A stretch of 41,770 nt of DNA from a virus. The notes under the pieces were generated by a model, which was not told the DNA's origin, searched no databases, and saw only the letters and a program-made list of their open reading frames with translations. The DNA lies in the IMG/VR virus record IMGVR_UViG_3300046485_000028, positions 1 through 41,770 of that record. The stretch is one strand, 5' to 3'. This document shows positions 33,866 to 41,643 of this stretch, piece by piece (the stretch's first letter is position 1; every line of letters starts with the position of its first letter). The position numbers and the translations under genes are program-made.

Positions 33866-35008
33866 TTATGCCTTAACATCTTTTTCTATCGCGGGGTTTC
33901 CCTCGGTATACGCCAGCACGTCGTCGAGGGGGGTAATCTGCTCCTTCACGCCCCTTTGCTTCTTCGGCCATAGCCCCTTCCCCTTAAGCACATCTTCTGC
34001 CTTAGCTGGGCTTAGTAGCTCCACTGCGTAGCGCTCCTTCTTCTCAAGCCCTAGTGCTTCGAGCAGGGTGTTGGCTTCCTCCTCATCGCGCCATACGCGT
34101 CGTGAGGCGGTGAACGCCTTGCGCCAGCCCGGTATCTTGACCCCAGCGTGCACGGCTGCAACAGCGCGTTTCTTCACTGCTTCAGCTATCGAGGAAAGCG
34201 TCCCGAGTAGGTTTAACAGTTCTGACATCTCCGCTGGGGTCAATCCTTTTGGGTCAGCCTTAGCCCCCTTGAACTCCTTCGACGCCATCTCCTGCACCTT
34301 TGCGAACTGCGCTTTGCAGTTACCATCCGCAGCGCAATAGCGGCAATGGTCGCCCGCAGCACGTGGGGCGTCTTTGCCCAGCGCAACGGGCACTATCGGT
34401 ATGACCACATCGTTGACCCACGTGGAGAGCTCCTTATCCGTGAAGCTGGCCTCCTGCACGGGCTTGCGCCTAGGCACCCGGGGCTGGACAACGACGTTGC
34501 GATACCGTTGGTATCTGCCCCGCTGTTGGCGCTGCCCAGTGGCGTACAGGCGGAGCTGACTGTTTTCCTTCACGGGCACGGGGATGCCGATGCCGTGCTT
34601 GTAGTCAATAACGACCGCCTCTTTTGGGAAGTTATCAATGACGATATCACTGGTGCCAAAGGCGGTATCGTCATCGGTGCCTATTTGCCGCCCGTAGTGC
34701 ACCTCGTGCTCCACGTAGACGTGCGCCTTTGGGTTGTCAGCCATGTACGCCCGCACATAGTCCAAGGCGTACCCAATACCATCAGCCATCGCCTCGTCAA
34801 TCACCATATGTTTCGGGTCCAGCTTCTGCCCGACGTAACTGGTAGGCTCGCCGCCTATGCGCAGGCACACCTCAAGCAGACCGTGTGCCGTGGTGCCCTC
34901 CAGCGCGTAGAAGTTCTCGGTGTGTTCTTTCTTAGCGTTAGCCGCGATGCTACCGGGGCAGGCAATCCAACGGTGTGAACTGCTGGCGCTGAGTACGGCG
35001 TGCTTCAT
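33866..35008 (-). CDS. DUF2800-type PD-(D/E)XK nuclease (Cas4/RecB-like, probable Fe-S cluster)
   Basis: 380 aa. N-terminal SASSSHRWIACPGS, nuclease core DIVID..VVIDYKHG, and Cys cluster CRYCAADGNC. Confidence 0.8.
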   Translation of the reverse strand: MKHAVLSASSSHRWIACPGSIAANAKKEHTENFYALEGTTAHGLLEVCLRIGGEPTSYVGQKLDPKHMVIDEAMADGIGYALDYVRAYMADNPKAHVYVEHEVHYGRQIGTDDDTAFGTSDIVIDNFPKEAVVIDYKHGIGIPVPVKENSQLRLYATGQRQQRGRYQRYRNVVVQPRVPRRKPVQEASFTDKELSTWVNDVVIPIVPVALGKDAPRAAGDHCRYCAADGNCKAQFAKVQEMASKEFKGAKADPKGLTPAEMSELLNLLGTLSSIAEAVKKRAVAAVHAGVKIPGWRKAFTASRRVWRDEEEANTLLEALGLEKKERYAVELLSPAKAEDVLKGKGLWPKKQRGVKEQITPLDDVLAYTEGNPAIEKDVKA

Positions 35009-35106
35009 TTTGCGTAGTCACCACGGGCAATAAACACCCGGATGAGCAGTGCGAGGGGTTTCAGCTCGAAGCGCCAGAACGCCTCTTGCTCTGTCTTAGT
35101 CATCAT
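35005..35106 (-). CDS. Possible 33-aa ORF coupled to the nuclease gene
   Basis: MMTKTEQEAFWRFELKPLALLIRVFIARGDYAK. Its TGA overlaps the nuclease ATG (ATGA). Below the track cut-off. Confidence 0.25.
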   Translation of the reverse strand: MMTKTEQEAFWRFELKPLALLIRVFIARGDYAK

Positions 35107-35215
35107 ACCGATGCCTCCGATTGTGGTGATGTTTGCTGCGGGCGTGTGCGTGCGCACCCAGCAAGATAAACAGCGCCCCGAGGAGCGCTACGAAAATACG
35201 TGTGACGGATTTCAT
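35096..35215 (-). CDS. Possible 39-aa secreted or membrane peptide
   Basis: MKSVTRIFVALLGALFILLGAHAHARSKHHHNRRHRYDD. Signal-peptide-like N-terminus with AHA, then a His/Arg-rich tail. Below the track cut-off. Confidence 0.3.
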   Translation of the reverse strand: MKSVTRIFVALLGALFILLGAHAHARSKHHHNRRHRYDD

Positions 35216-35241
35216 TGGGCGCTCCTCGGGGCTGCGGGGGG

Positions 35242-35844
35242 TTACAGCAAGTCGTCTTCTTCGTCAGCCGCTGGCATGGCGGCTTCGTACGCGGCGATGG
35301 CGGCTGCGTAGTCGTCTTCTTCCATTTCGCTGGGCTTACCCAACTTCTTGGACAGCTTCACGAACGCGGGTTTGTCCGCTTCGATGAGCGCCTTAGCCGC
35401 TTCCATCACGTCTTCCAGTGTGGGTCCCTTGGCTTTCTTAGCTGCGGGCTTGCCTTTGCCCTTGGCTGGCGCTGGGGCTTCTTCTGGTTCGCTTTCCTTG
35501 AGTTCGTTTACCTTGTCAACGAGTTCTTGGTATTGGCTTTCGTCGACGTCGGCCAGCTTGCCCGCGCCAACGCTAGCCAGTGCGCTCACCATCACCTCTT
35601 TGCCTCGCAGTTCGACCAGCTCACGCAGGGCGTCGCGTACGTCGTCTTCGGTCAGTTCACTCTCCTCCGCCTTCGGCTTACCTTTGGCGGGGGCGGCGGT
35701 GCGACTTCCGCGTACAGGTTTCGCAGTCTTTCCATCTGGTGCGCTATGCTCGTCACCGCTGCCTCCTGATGAAAAGGTGGCGGACAGTGCCTCGCACGCC
35801 TCCGCGATGGTGGAGAAGAGCTCCGCGATTTTCTTGTGGTTCAT
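35242..35844 (-). CDS. Hypothetical acidic protein with two internal repeats and a DDLL tail
   Basis: 200 aa. Two similar helical units, each preceded by a PAKGKP-type linker. Ends EEDDLL, like the SSB. Confidence 0.6.
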   Translation of the reverse strand: MNHKKIAELFSTIAEACEALSATFSSGGSGDEHSAPDGKTAKPVRGSRTAAPAKGKPKAEESELTEDDVRDALRELVELRGKEVMVSALASVGAGKLADVDESQYQELVDKVNELKESEPEEAPAPAKGKGKPAAKKAKGPTLEDVMEAAKALIEADKPAFVKLSKKLGKPSEMEEDDYAAAIAAYEAAMPAADEEDDLL

Positions 35845-36029
35845 ACTATTTCCTTCATGGTGTTACCCGCCAAATACCGGGCGGGCTGCGGTTTATCAAT
35901 TATCAACTGTCTAGTGATAAGACGTGGTGGAGTACCCCTTCCCACACTGCCTGCGGGTGAGGTCGTAGTGACTGCCCCCCGTAATCTCGGCTACTCGTTT
36001 CGGTGTGGGCTTGGTCCGGAAGAAATACT

Positions 36030-36606
36030 GGGTATCCGGATTTAGGTGTGTGTAACAACATTGGGACGCGGTTTCATAAAAGTCATCCAATGTGTAAAAC
36101 CCTTGCGCCCGGTTGGATGACCGAAGAGCGGTTGGACTGGTGTTAGCGCCAGGACTTCTTTAATCTTTACCTGATCCTCGGCCCACTTGAATATCAAAAC
36201 ACCATCGCTGGCCAGCACGCGGAAGCACTCAGAAAATCCCAGTCGCAAGTCTTCACGCCAGTCATCCCCCAACACCCCATATTTGGCCCGCAACCAGCTC
36301 TTTCCCCCAGCGTGGCGTAGGTGAGGAGGATCAAAGACAACAAGCTTGTATGACTCATCTGGAAACGGAAGAGCCCGAAAATCCATAAGCATGTCCGGCT
36401 CAATTTTCAAGGTTCGGCCATCACAAAGCGTGTGCTGCTCATGGCGTTTATCGCCAAAAAATGCATCCGGGTTCTGCTTGTCAAACCACATCATTCGACT
36501 CCCGCAGCAAGGGTCAAGCACTCTTTTTTCGTCTAATTCAAAGCTCATTTTTTTCATCCCTAAAACGGATTTCGTTGTGGGTAAACACACTCAAATCCGG
36601 ATACCC
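36030..36606. mobile_element. 577-bp MITE-like cassette carrying only the methyltransferase gene (TIRs plus 8-bp target-site duplication)
   Basis: Left end is GGGTATCCGGATTT AG GTGTGT (36030..). Right end is ACACAC TC AAATCCGGATACCC (..36606). That gives a 14/14 core plus 6 more matching bases in inverted orientation. GAAATACT lies directly outside both ends in direct orientation (36022-29 and 36607-14). The interior is lower in G+C. Confidence 0.6.
36042..36557 (-). CDS. DNA methyltransferase (N6-adenine or N4-cytosine type)
   Basis: About 171 aa. Motif I VLDPCCGS and motif IV VVFDPPHL. Start at the ATG at 36557 or 36548 (the track GTG at 36590 is unlikely). The stop codon lies inside the left inverted repeat. 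Confidence 0.75.
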   Translation of the reverse strand: MKKMSFELDEKRVLDPCCGSRMMWFDKQNPDAFFGDKRHEQHTLCDGRTLKIEPDMLMDFRALPFPDESYKLVVFDPPHLRHAGGKSWLRAKYGVLGDDWREDLRLGFSECFRVLASDGVLIFKWAEDQVKIKEVLALTPVQPLFGHPTGRKGFTHWMTFMKPRPNVVTHT

Positions 36607-36704
36607 GAAATACTTAGTAACCCTCCTGGACCCACGGGTGCCCCAGTCATGGTCTATTGACAGTACCCCCACCCCTAACTCGCTGGGTTTCTTGGCAGCG
36701 GTGC

Positions 36705-37616
36705 TCACAGCAACTCCGCGACTTCTTTGGACACCTTCTTGCTGGCGCGTTTAAGCGCTTTCAGGGGGGTGTCCTCTAGGGTAGGCTCGGGGGTGTGCTT
36801 ACCGTTCTTTGTGGGCGTGATTAGCCCGATTTCTAGGGCGATGCTGTTAGCCTCAGGCCAGATCATGCGCAGGAACGTTTCCTTTTCATCTGCCATGAGC
36901 GCCTTGAACGACTCAGACAGCTTCTGCACTTGCGTATCCTTTGGCCTGCGCTCGCTGTGCGCTGCCTTCTTGCCCACCACGGGCACCAGCTTGTCGTCAC
37001 CTACTTTCAACTCTTCGTACTCCTCATCTTCGTCGCTACCGTTGGTATCGGCTGGCGTGCCACCCAGCGCGAATACACTGTTGGCACCCAGCGGGGTATT
37101 GTCCACCTTCACGCGCATAAGGCCAGCGTCTTCCAGCTCTTCGCGCAACATGCCACGGGTAAAGTCACTGTCGGTTTCGATGCGCTTTATCAACTTGGCG
37201 TTCTTACTTACCATGGCTTTCAGCACGAGGTTCACAACTTCGTTGCTGATACCCAGCTTGCGGCACACGTCACGCTGCGTAAGGTTATGAATGGTGTGCA
37301 ACCGTGCGCCCACTAGCGCCCGTTGAAGTGAACCCAGCTTGCGACGCAGCACGTTGATGGAGGCGATGTAGCCTGCGGGGTCCTTGCCCTTGTACGTAAT
37401 TTCTTCCCAACGAGTGCCCGTGCGGTGCCCTGCACGGTAGCGGTGCCAGCCATCCAGCACCTTGCCTTCGTACATGGTAACGGGCATGAGGATGCCACGC
37501 TGTTCAACGTCTTCGCAAAACGCTGTGAATTCCTGCTCATCCATGCCTCCGGGCATCAGCGCGACAGCGACTGGGTGTTGCGTATATGTGGGGAGTTCTA
37601 GGGCAATGTTAGCCAT
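36705..37616 (-). CDS. ParB-like nuclease domain protein
   Basis: 303 aa from the ATG at 37616. Contains KVLDGWHRYRAGH (ParB/Srx-type DGxHR motif) and an HTH-like QRDVCRKLGISNEVV. The track start at 37814 would add an implausible N-terminus. Confidence 0.7.
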   Translation of the reverse strand: MANIALELPTYTQHPVAVALMPGGMDEQEFTAFCEDVEQRGILMPVTMYEGKVLDGWHRYRAGHRTGTRWEEITYKGKDPAGYIASINVLRRKLGSLQRALVGARLHTIHNLTQRDVCRKLGISNEVVNLVLKAMVSKNAKLIKRIETDSDFTRGMLREELEDAGLMRVKVDNTPLGANSVFALGGTPADTNGSDEDEEYEELKVGDDKLVPVVGKKAAHSERRPKDTQVQKLSESFKALMADEKETFLRMIWPEANSIALEIGLITPTKNGKHTPEPTLEDTPLKALKRASKKVSKEVAELL

Positions 37617-37699
37617 GGCGATCTCTTTCTTTAGGTTACTGGGTTTGGCGCTGCCGGACAGCGGCGCTGGGGGTAGTGTAGTGTAGTACAGGGCTAGGG

Positions 37700-37981
37700 T
37701 TACTGAAAGACCACGTGAAACGATATCGCCAACGGCACGGGGTGCAGCGCTGTAACGGCACCCAGCGCAGCGCGTACGTGCGTTTCCATGGGCTGCATAC
37801 AGGCGGGGACGCACCCTTTGCGGTAACAGCGGCGCACCAGATCATCCGCATCTTCAAGGTCTGTGAAGCGCCCCAATACGAGGTCGAGTACCGTGCAGCG
37901 GTTGGATATCGTTGGGGGCAGCGTGCCCGATGCGGGCGCGTCCACGTACAGGTGGACCTCATAGTGCTTGGCGTGTTTCAT
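37700..37981 (-). CDS. Hypothetical Cys-containing early protein
   Basis: 93 aa from the ATG at 37981. Chosen over the overlapping alternative frame 37636..37962 on composition. Confidence 0.4.
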   Translation of the reverse strand: MKHAKHYEVHLYVDAPASGTLPPTISNRCTVLDLVLGRFTDLEDADDLVRRCYRKGCVPACMQPMETHVRAALGAVTALHPVPLAISFHVVFQ

Positions 37982-37991
37982 GGTGCTGCCT

Positions 37992-38273
37992 TTAATAGCC
38001 ATACTGACCTGCGGGGGAGCCACAGTAATCTTGCCAGTTCGCCCGGATGAGCGCCCGCTGTACCCTGCCCGGAGCAGTCTTCCACGCGTGCCCCGCCACG
38101 ACCGCGTTCTGTGCTTTGCGTTGCTGGCGTTGGGTGGCGTGCGCCATGGCGCGTTCTACGTTGCCCGAGGGGTAGTTCCCCTTGATCATGTGAAGCAAGT
38201 ACCCGCGAGAGGTACGGGTGCCAGTGCGATTCTCGGGTATGCGCTGGGTTTCTGGGTGGGGTGGCATTTTCAT
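37992..38273 (-). CDS. Hypothetical early protein
   Basis: 93 aa from the ATG at 38273, with AAAGGAA 5 nt upstream. Confidence 0.5.
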   Translation of the reverse strand: MKMPPHPETQRIPENRTGTRTSRGYLLHMIKGNYPSGNVERAMAHATQRQQRKAQNAVVAGHAWKTAPGRVQRALIRANWQDYCGSPAGQYGY

Positions 38274-38342
38274 GATATTCCTTTCAAGGATGTACTGCGA
38301 AGCGCAGCCCATAACCCCGCACGCGGGGCTAGGCGGCTGGGT

Positions 38343-38564
38343 TTAGTTGATGCAGTTGAAGTGGAAGTGGGCCATTGCCGACACTGCGCGTTCGCCAATA
38401 AATAGGGGGTAGAAGCGATTGTCAGCCGTGCGGCAAATAATGTACGAGAGGCCAGCCACCCGATCCAGATGGCCTGACAGCGGGTAGATTTTTTCCACTG
38501 CGCGGATGACGTTGATCTCCGAAGCGTAGGTTTTTGAGGGGGTAATTGTGATACAGCGTGCCAT
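38343..38564 (-). CDS. Hypothetical early protein
   Basis: 73 aa from the ATG at 38564 (MARCITITPSK...). Confidence 0.45.
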   Translation of the reverse strand: MARCITITPSKTYASEINVIRAVEKIYPLSGHLDRVAGLSYIICRTADNRFYPLFIGERAVSAMAHFHFNCIN

Positions 38565-38587
38565 GGTGATTGCCTTTGGGTGTGGGA

Positions 38588-38887
38588 TTAACGAACGATA
38601 GCGGGGTGCGTGGCGATTTGATGCTGTGCGAAAGCAATGGCTTCGTCGGCAGTAGCGAAGAAGTGCATTTGAGGATACGCGTCCCCGAAAAACGCTTCGA
38701 GGCATGTGATGAAGCAGACGTACGGGGTGCCTTGTTGCACCGCAACGGAGGAAGCCTGTTCGGATTTAACTACCATGACAGCGCGACGCACGATTGGCTT
38801 TTTAAGCGTTGCGTACAAATCCCCATGGAGGCCGAGTACCCGGTTTAACTTGATTAACTGGGAGAAGATGGCGGTGTGGGTTGACAT
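38588..38887 (-). CDS. Hypothetical early protein (first gene after promoter P-B)
   Basis: 99 aa. AAGGAA RBS. Immediately downstream of conserved block B. Confidence 0.55.
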   Translation of the reverse strand: MSTHTAIFSQLIKLNRVLGLHGDLYATLKKPIVRRAVMVVKSEQASSVAVQQGTPYVCFITCLEAFFGDAYPQMHFFATADEAIAFAQHQIATHPAIVR

Positions 38888-38920
38888 GATGTTTTTCCTT
38901 GAAGTGGTTGGTATGACTGA

Positions 38921-38949
38921 ATCCTAAGGAAGCTATTCTAAGAACGCAA
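38921..38949 (-). promoter_or_regulatory. Putative sigma70-type early promoter P-B (leftward): TTGCGT-17-TAGGAT
   Basis: On the minus strand, -35 TTGCGT (38949..38944), a 17-nt spacer, and -10 TAGGAT (38926..38921). Same geometry as P-A. Confidence 0.45.
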
Positions 38950-38978
38950 GAACTTTCTTCGGTTCTTTCAAGAATAGT
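38924..38978. repeat. Conserved promoter/operator block B (46/55 identical to 23908..23962)
   Basis: Contains GCAAGAAC (38946-53), CTATTCT (38933-39) and AAGAATAGT (38970-78). Confidence 0.8.
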
Positions 38979-39016
38979 CAAAAAGAAGCCCCCAACAGCA
39001 TAACCGAAGGGGGCTT
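38979..39016 (-). terminator. Leftward-facing intrinsic terminator-like hairpin between divergent promoters
   Basis: On the minus strand: AAGCCCCC, a 15-nt loop, GGGGGCTT, then CTTTTTG. The plus strand has no T-run after the hairpin. Confidence 0.5.
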
Positions 39017-39028
39017 AAGGGTCAGTCT

Positions 39029-39056
39029 TTGCAGGGACTGTCCAGGGAGATAGGGT
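39029..39056 (+). promoter_or_regulatory. Putative rightward promoter for the primase-helicase unit: TTGCAG-16-TAGGGT
   Basis: Same TTGCnn...TAGnnT style as P-A and P-B. Located 58 nt upstream of the small ORF ATG at 39114. Confidence 0.3.
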
Positions 39057-39113
39057 GTGCCCCACCAAGTGCAACCGGGCGCAGCCCGTGCAAAGTCGTT
39101 GAAAGGAACCACC

Positions 39114-39293
39114 ATGAAGGAAGACCGCCTTTGCGATACGCCCCGTTACCCATGGCAGGGCACGGGATGCAGTGTACCCGCTACCAACGGTATCCCGCTG
39201 CGCCAGCGGTTCCAGTGGTGCCGGAACCAGTGCCGGGCGCACAATAGCAACCCCGTGCAAACACCATCAGGACACCATGTCAAATCCGTATAG
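39114..39293 (+). CDS. Possible 59-aa Cys-containing protein upstream of the primase-helicase
   Basis: MKEDRLCDTPRYPWQGTGCSVPATNGIPLRQRFQWCRNQCRAHNSNPVQTPSGHHVKSV. AAAGGA RBS 6 nt upstream. GC-rich third codon positions. Overlaps the primase start by 17 nt. Contains two iteron copies (39208-17 and 39223-32). Confidence 0.35.
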   Translation: MKEDRLCDTPRYPWQGTGCSVPATNGIPLRQRFQWCRNQCRAHNSNPVQTPSGHHVKSV

Positions 39294-41436
39294 CTTTATA
39301 TCCCAGGGCGGGGTGATGAACACCCGCGTTCGCGCCTCTGACGAAGACGCCACACTCCACACCCTGTACGAATCCTTCAAGACCCCTGTCGCATTGGACA
39401 TGGGCGCTATCACGTATCACAACGGCACAAAGCTAGAACGCAGCAACGTGAAGAAGACGCTGCCCTATTTTGTAGGCGCAGTGATAGACGGTAAACGCCA
39501 CGACAGCAACGTGCAGGCACGCACACTGCTCACCTTAGACATCGAGCAGGGCGACCCCACTGGCGCACAGCCCCCACCCCCGCAACAGGTGTTCAAGCGG
39601 CTGCAAGAACTCGGCGGGGAGGGCTGGGTATACACCAGCCTGAGCCATACCCCAGACCGCCCCCGTTACCGTGTGGTGTTGCCCCTAGGCGCACCCATAG
39701 AGGGCGACCACACACTTATGACCCCAGCGCTTGAGGCCAGCACACTAAAGGCAGCGGCGACGCTAGGCGTGGACGCGTGGTGCCAGCCCGAGTCGTGGGT
39801 ACTTAGCCAGCCCATGTACTTACCCGCCAAGCTAAAGGGGGGCACGTTCTTCCAAGGCTACAGCAAAGGCAAAGCGTGGGGCACCGCAGCAAAGGCCAAG
39901 CCCAGCAAAGCGCAGCCCGCAGACATACCCGACCACATCGAAACGCCCGACCCCGTGTTGCAGGCAATCAAAGCGGCTGGCCTATACCTGCGCGAAAACA
40001 CCAAACACAAAGGGATGCACTTCATCACGTGCCCCTTCGCCGAGCTACACAGCACGGACAGCGACTCCAAAACCGTTTATTACGAAGCCCACTTTGACGG
40101 AAACCCCCGCCCCGCAGTCAAGTGCATGGGCACCAGCCCCGATAAAGACGGTGTGCCCCACTTAACGATGCGAACGCTGGTGCGCTACCTCAAAGGGGAG
40201 GGCCACCTCACGCAGGAGCAACAATCAACCGCAGGAGTGATGGATGATTACGACGAGTTCATGGGTAAGGCTAACCTCGGCAACATGCTTGATTCTGAGC
40301 CTATCCCTCGTGAGTGGGCTATACCGCAGTTCGCACCCGTGGGTAAGGTCACGGTGCTGGCTGGTCCAGGTGGTGTGTCCAAATCCATGCTCATGCTGCA
40401 CGTGCTGGTGTATGGCGCTCTGGGCAAGCCATTCGCGGACTTCAAAACAGAGCACACCCTGCGCAGCCTGTACGTCTCATACGAGGACGACACGCAAGAG
40501 CTCCACAGCCGCGTGCACGCGCTAACCCGTGCGCTCAGTGAACAGGACGATGGCCTACTGGACACCCTGTACGACGTGAAAGGCAGCATACGCAAGAATC
40601 TGCTTATGTACGCTGCCGACGAGGAAGCGCTGGCGTGGGTGCTTGCCGCCAAGCCCGACCGCTTTGCCCCCGCCGAGCGCACCGACCGCGTCAATTGGCT
40701 GGTCGGCCTCATTAAGCACGCGGGCATAAAGCTACTGGTGCTTGACCCAGCCGTGTACACCCACCAACTAGAAGAAAACAACATCAGTGACATGGCTGCG
40801 TACATGCAGATGCTGACGTACATAGCCAAGCAGGGGAACTGCGCAGTGGTGGTGCTGCACCATATGTCCAAGGCGGCGTCGTGGGTGTCGTTAGCGGAGG
40901 TCAATCAGGGTGCCCTACGGGGTGCGTCCAGCTTTGCCGACAACGCCCGTTCTGTTACCGTGGCGTTGTCCATGCCCATTAAGGACGCCCCGCTGTATGG
41001 CCTACCCGCTGACCGCGTGACTACAGGTAAGTATGTGGTCACGCAGCACGTAAAGCATAACTACAGCGCACCCATGGGGCAACAAGTGTTTGAGCGCAAA
41101 GGGCCACTCCTTATCCCCCGCCCGGAAATCGTTGCACTTGATGATAGTCAACTAACCGTTGCACGGCAAGCACTAAAGGACCAACAGCAAGAATCAGTCA
41201 TGCAAGTGCAGGCCGACAAGGTGCTTGTACATATGCTGGAGCTTGACGACTTTGCCAGTTCCACGCAGCTTGCCATGGGCGCGGGCATACATAAGAGGCA
41301 TATGTCTGAGATACTCGATTGGGCAGAAGGCAAAGACTACATCGAGTGTGAGGATGGCCCTAAGCGTGCACGGTTATGCAGGCTTACGCGTGATGGCAAA
41401 GCGTATGCAAAATTGAAGTTAAAGGAGCGAAAATGA
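39277..41436 (+). CDS. Replicative primase-helicase: primase-polymerase-like N-terminal domain, RecA/DnaB-like ATPase, and a C-terminal winged helix
   Basis: About 719 aa from the ATG at 39277 (the track GTG at 39172 is less likely). N-terminal LTLDIEQG and YTSLSHTPDRPRYRVVLPL. Walker A VLAGPGGVSKS and Walker B KLLVLDPAV. C-terminal HTH-like STQLAMGAGIHKRHMSEILDWAEG. Confidence 0.8.
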   Translation: MSNPYSFISQGGVMNTRVRASDEDATLHTLYESFKTPVALDMGAITYHNGTKLERSNVKKTLPYFVGAVIDGKRHDSNVQARTLLTLDIEQGDPTGAQPPPPQQVFKRLQELGGEGWVYTSLSHTPDRPRYRVVLPLGAPIEGDHTLMTPALEASTLKAAATLGVDAWCQPESWVLSQPMYLPAKLKGGTFFQGYSKGKAWGTAAKAKPSKAQPADIPDHIETPDPVLQAIKAAGLYLRENTKHKGMHFITCPFAELHSTDSDSKTVYYEAHFDGNPRPAVKCMGTSPDKDGVPHLTMRTLVRYLKGEGHLTQEQQSTAGVMDDYDEFMGKANLGNMLDSEPIPREWAIPQFAPVGKVTVLAGPGGVSKSMLMLHVLVYGALGKPFADFKTEHTLRSLYVSYEDDTQELHSRVHALTRALSEQDDGLLDTLYDVKGSIRKNLLMYAADEEALAWVLAAKPDRFAPAERTDRVNWLVGLIKHAGIKLLVLDPAVYTHQLEENNISDMAAYMQMLTYIAKQGNCAVVVLHHMSKAASWVSLAEVNQGALRGASSFADNARSVTVALSMPIKDAPLYGLPADRVTTGKYVVTQHVKHNYSAPMGQQVFERKGPLLIPRPEIVALDDSQLTVARQALKDQQQESVMQVQADKVLVHMLELDDFASSTQLAMGAGIHKRHMSEILDWAEGKDYIECEDGPKRARLCRLTRDGKAYAKLKLKERK

Positions 41437-41589
41437 AGGAAAAGATGGTGTTTGACACAGCAAGAACAACGGGACAAAATAGATGGTCACCCCGCAAAGC
41501 CTCTATTTACCTTGGAACCACAGGATTTATTTTGCAAAACCGTTTGAGCCTTCCGTGGTGGTGCGGGGCGCAAATGAACGAAAAGAAGC

Positions 41590-41620
41590 AAAAACCGACT
41601 AAAAACCGACTAAAAACGAG
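41590..41620. repeat. A-rich 11-bp tandem repeat (AAAAACCGACT x2 plus partial AAAAACGAG)
   Basis: AAAAACCGACT occurs at 41590..41600 and 41601..41611, followed by AAAAACGAG. The period is one helical turn and the repeat directly abuts the iterons. Confidence 0.8.
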
Positions 41621-41643
41621 TGGTTCCAGAGGATGGAACCGGT

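Noticed and set aside
39172-39276. GTG start at 39172 for the primase-helicase (track ORF of 754 aa).
   Set aside because: - The first 35 codons give a Ser/Gly/Ala/Thr-rich peptide that overlaps the better-supported small ORF and the iteron pair.
- The ATG at 39277 is the first ATG and precedes the conserved-looking domain. The start remains uncertain.
41452-41480. TTGACA-17-CAAAAT as the late promoter, and the thrice-repeated GTTTGACACA (18977, 19052, 41450).
   Set aside because: - The -10 is weak.
- The copy at 19052 lies only 15 nt from the fibre ATG, so it cannot serve as that gene's promoter, and the copy at 18977 has no -10.
- Three occurrences of a 10-mer are suggestive, but I could not build a consistent promoter model. 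They are noted only in the operator finding.
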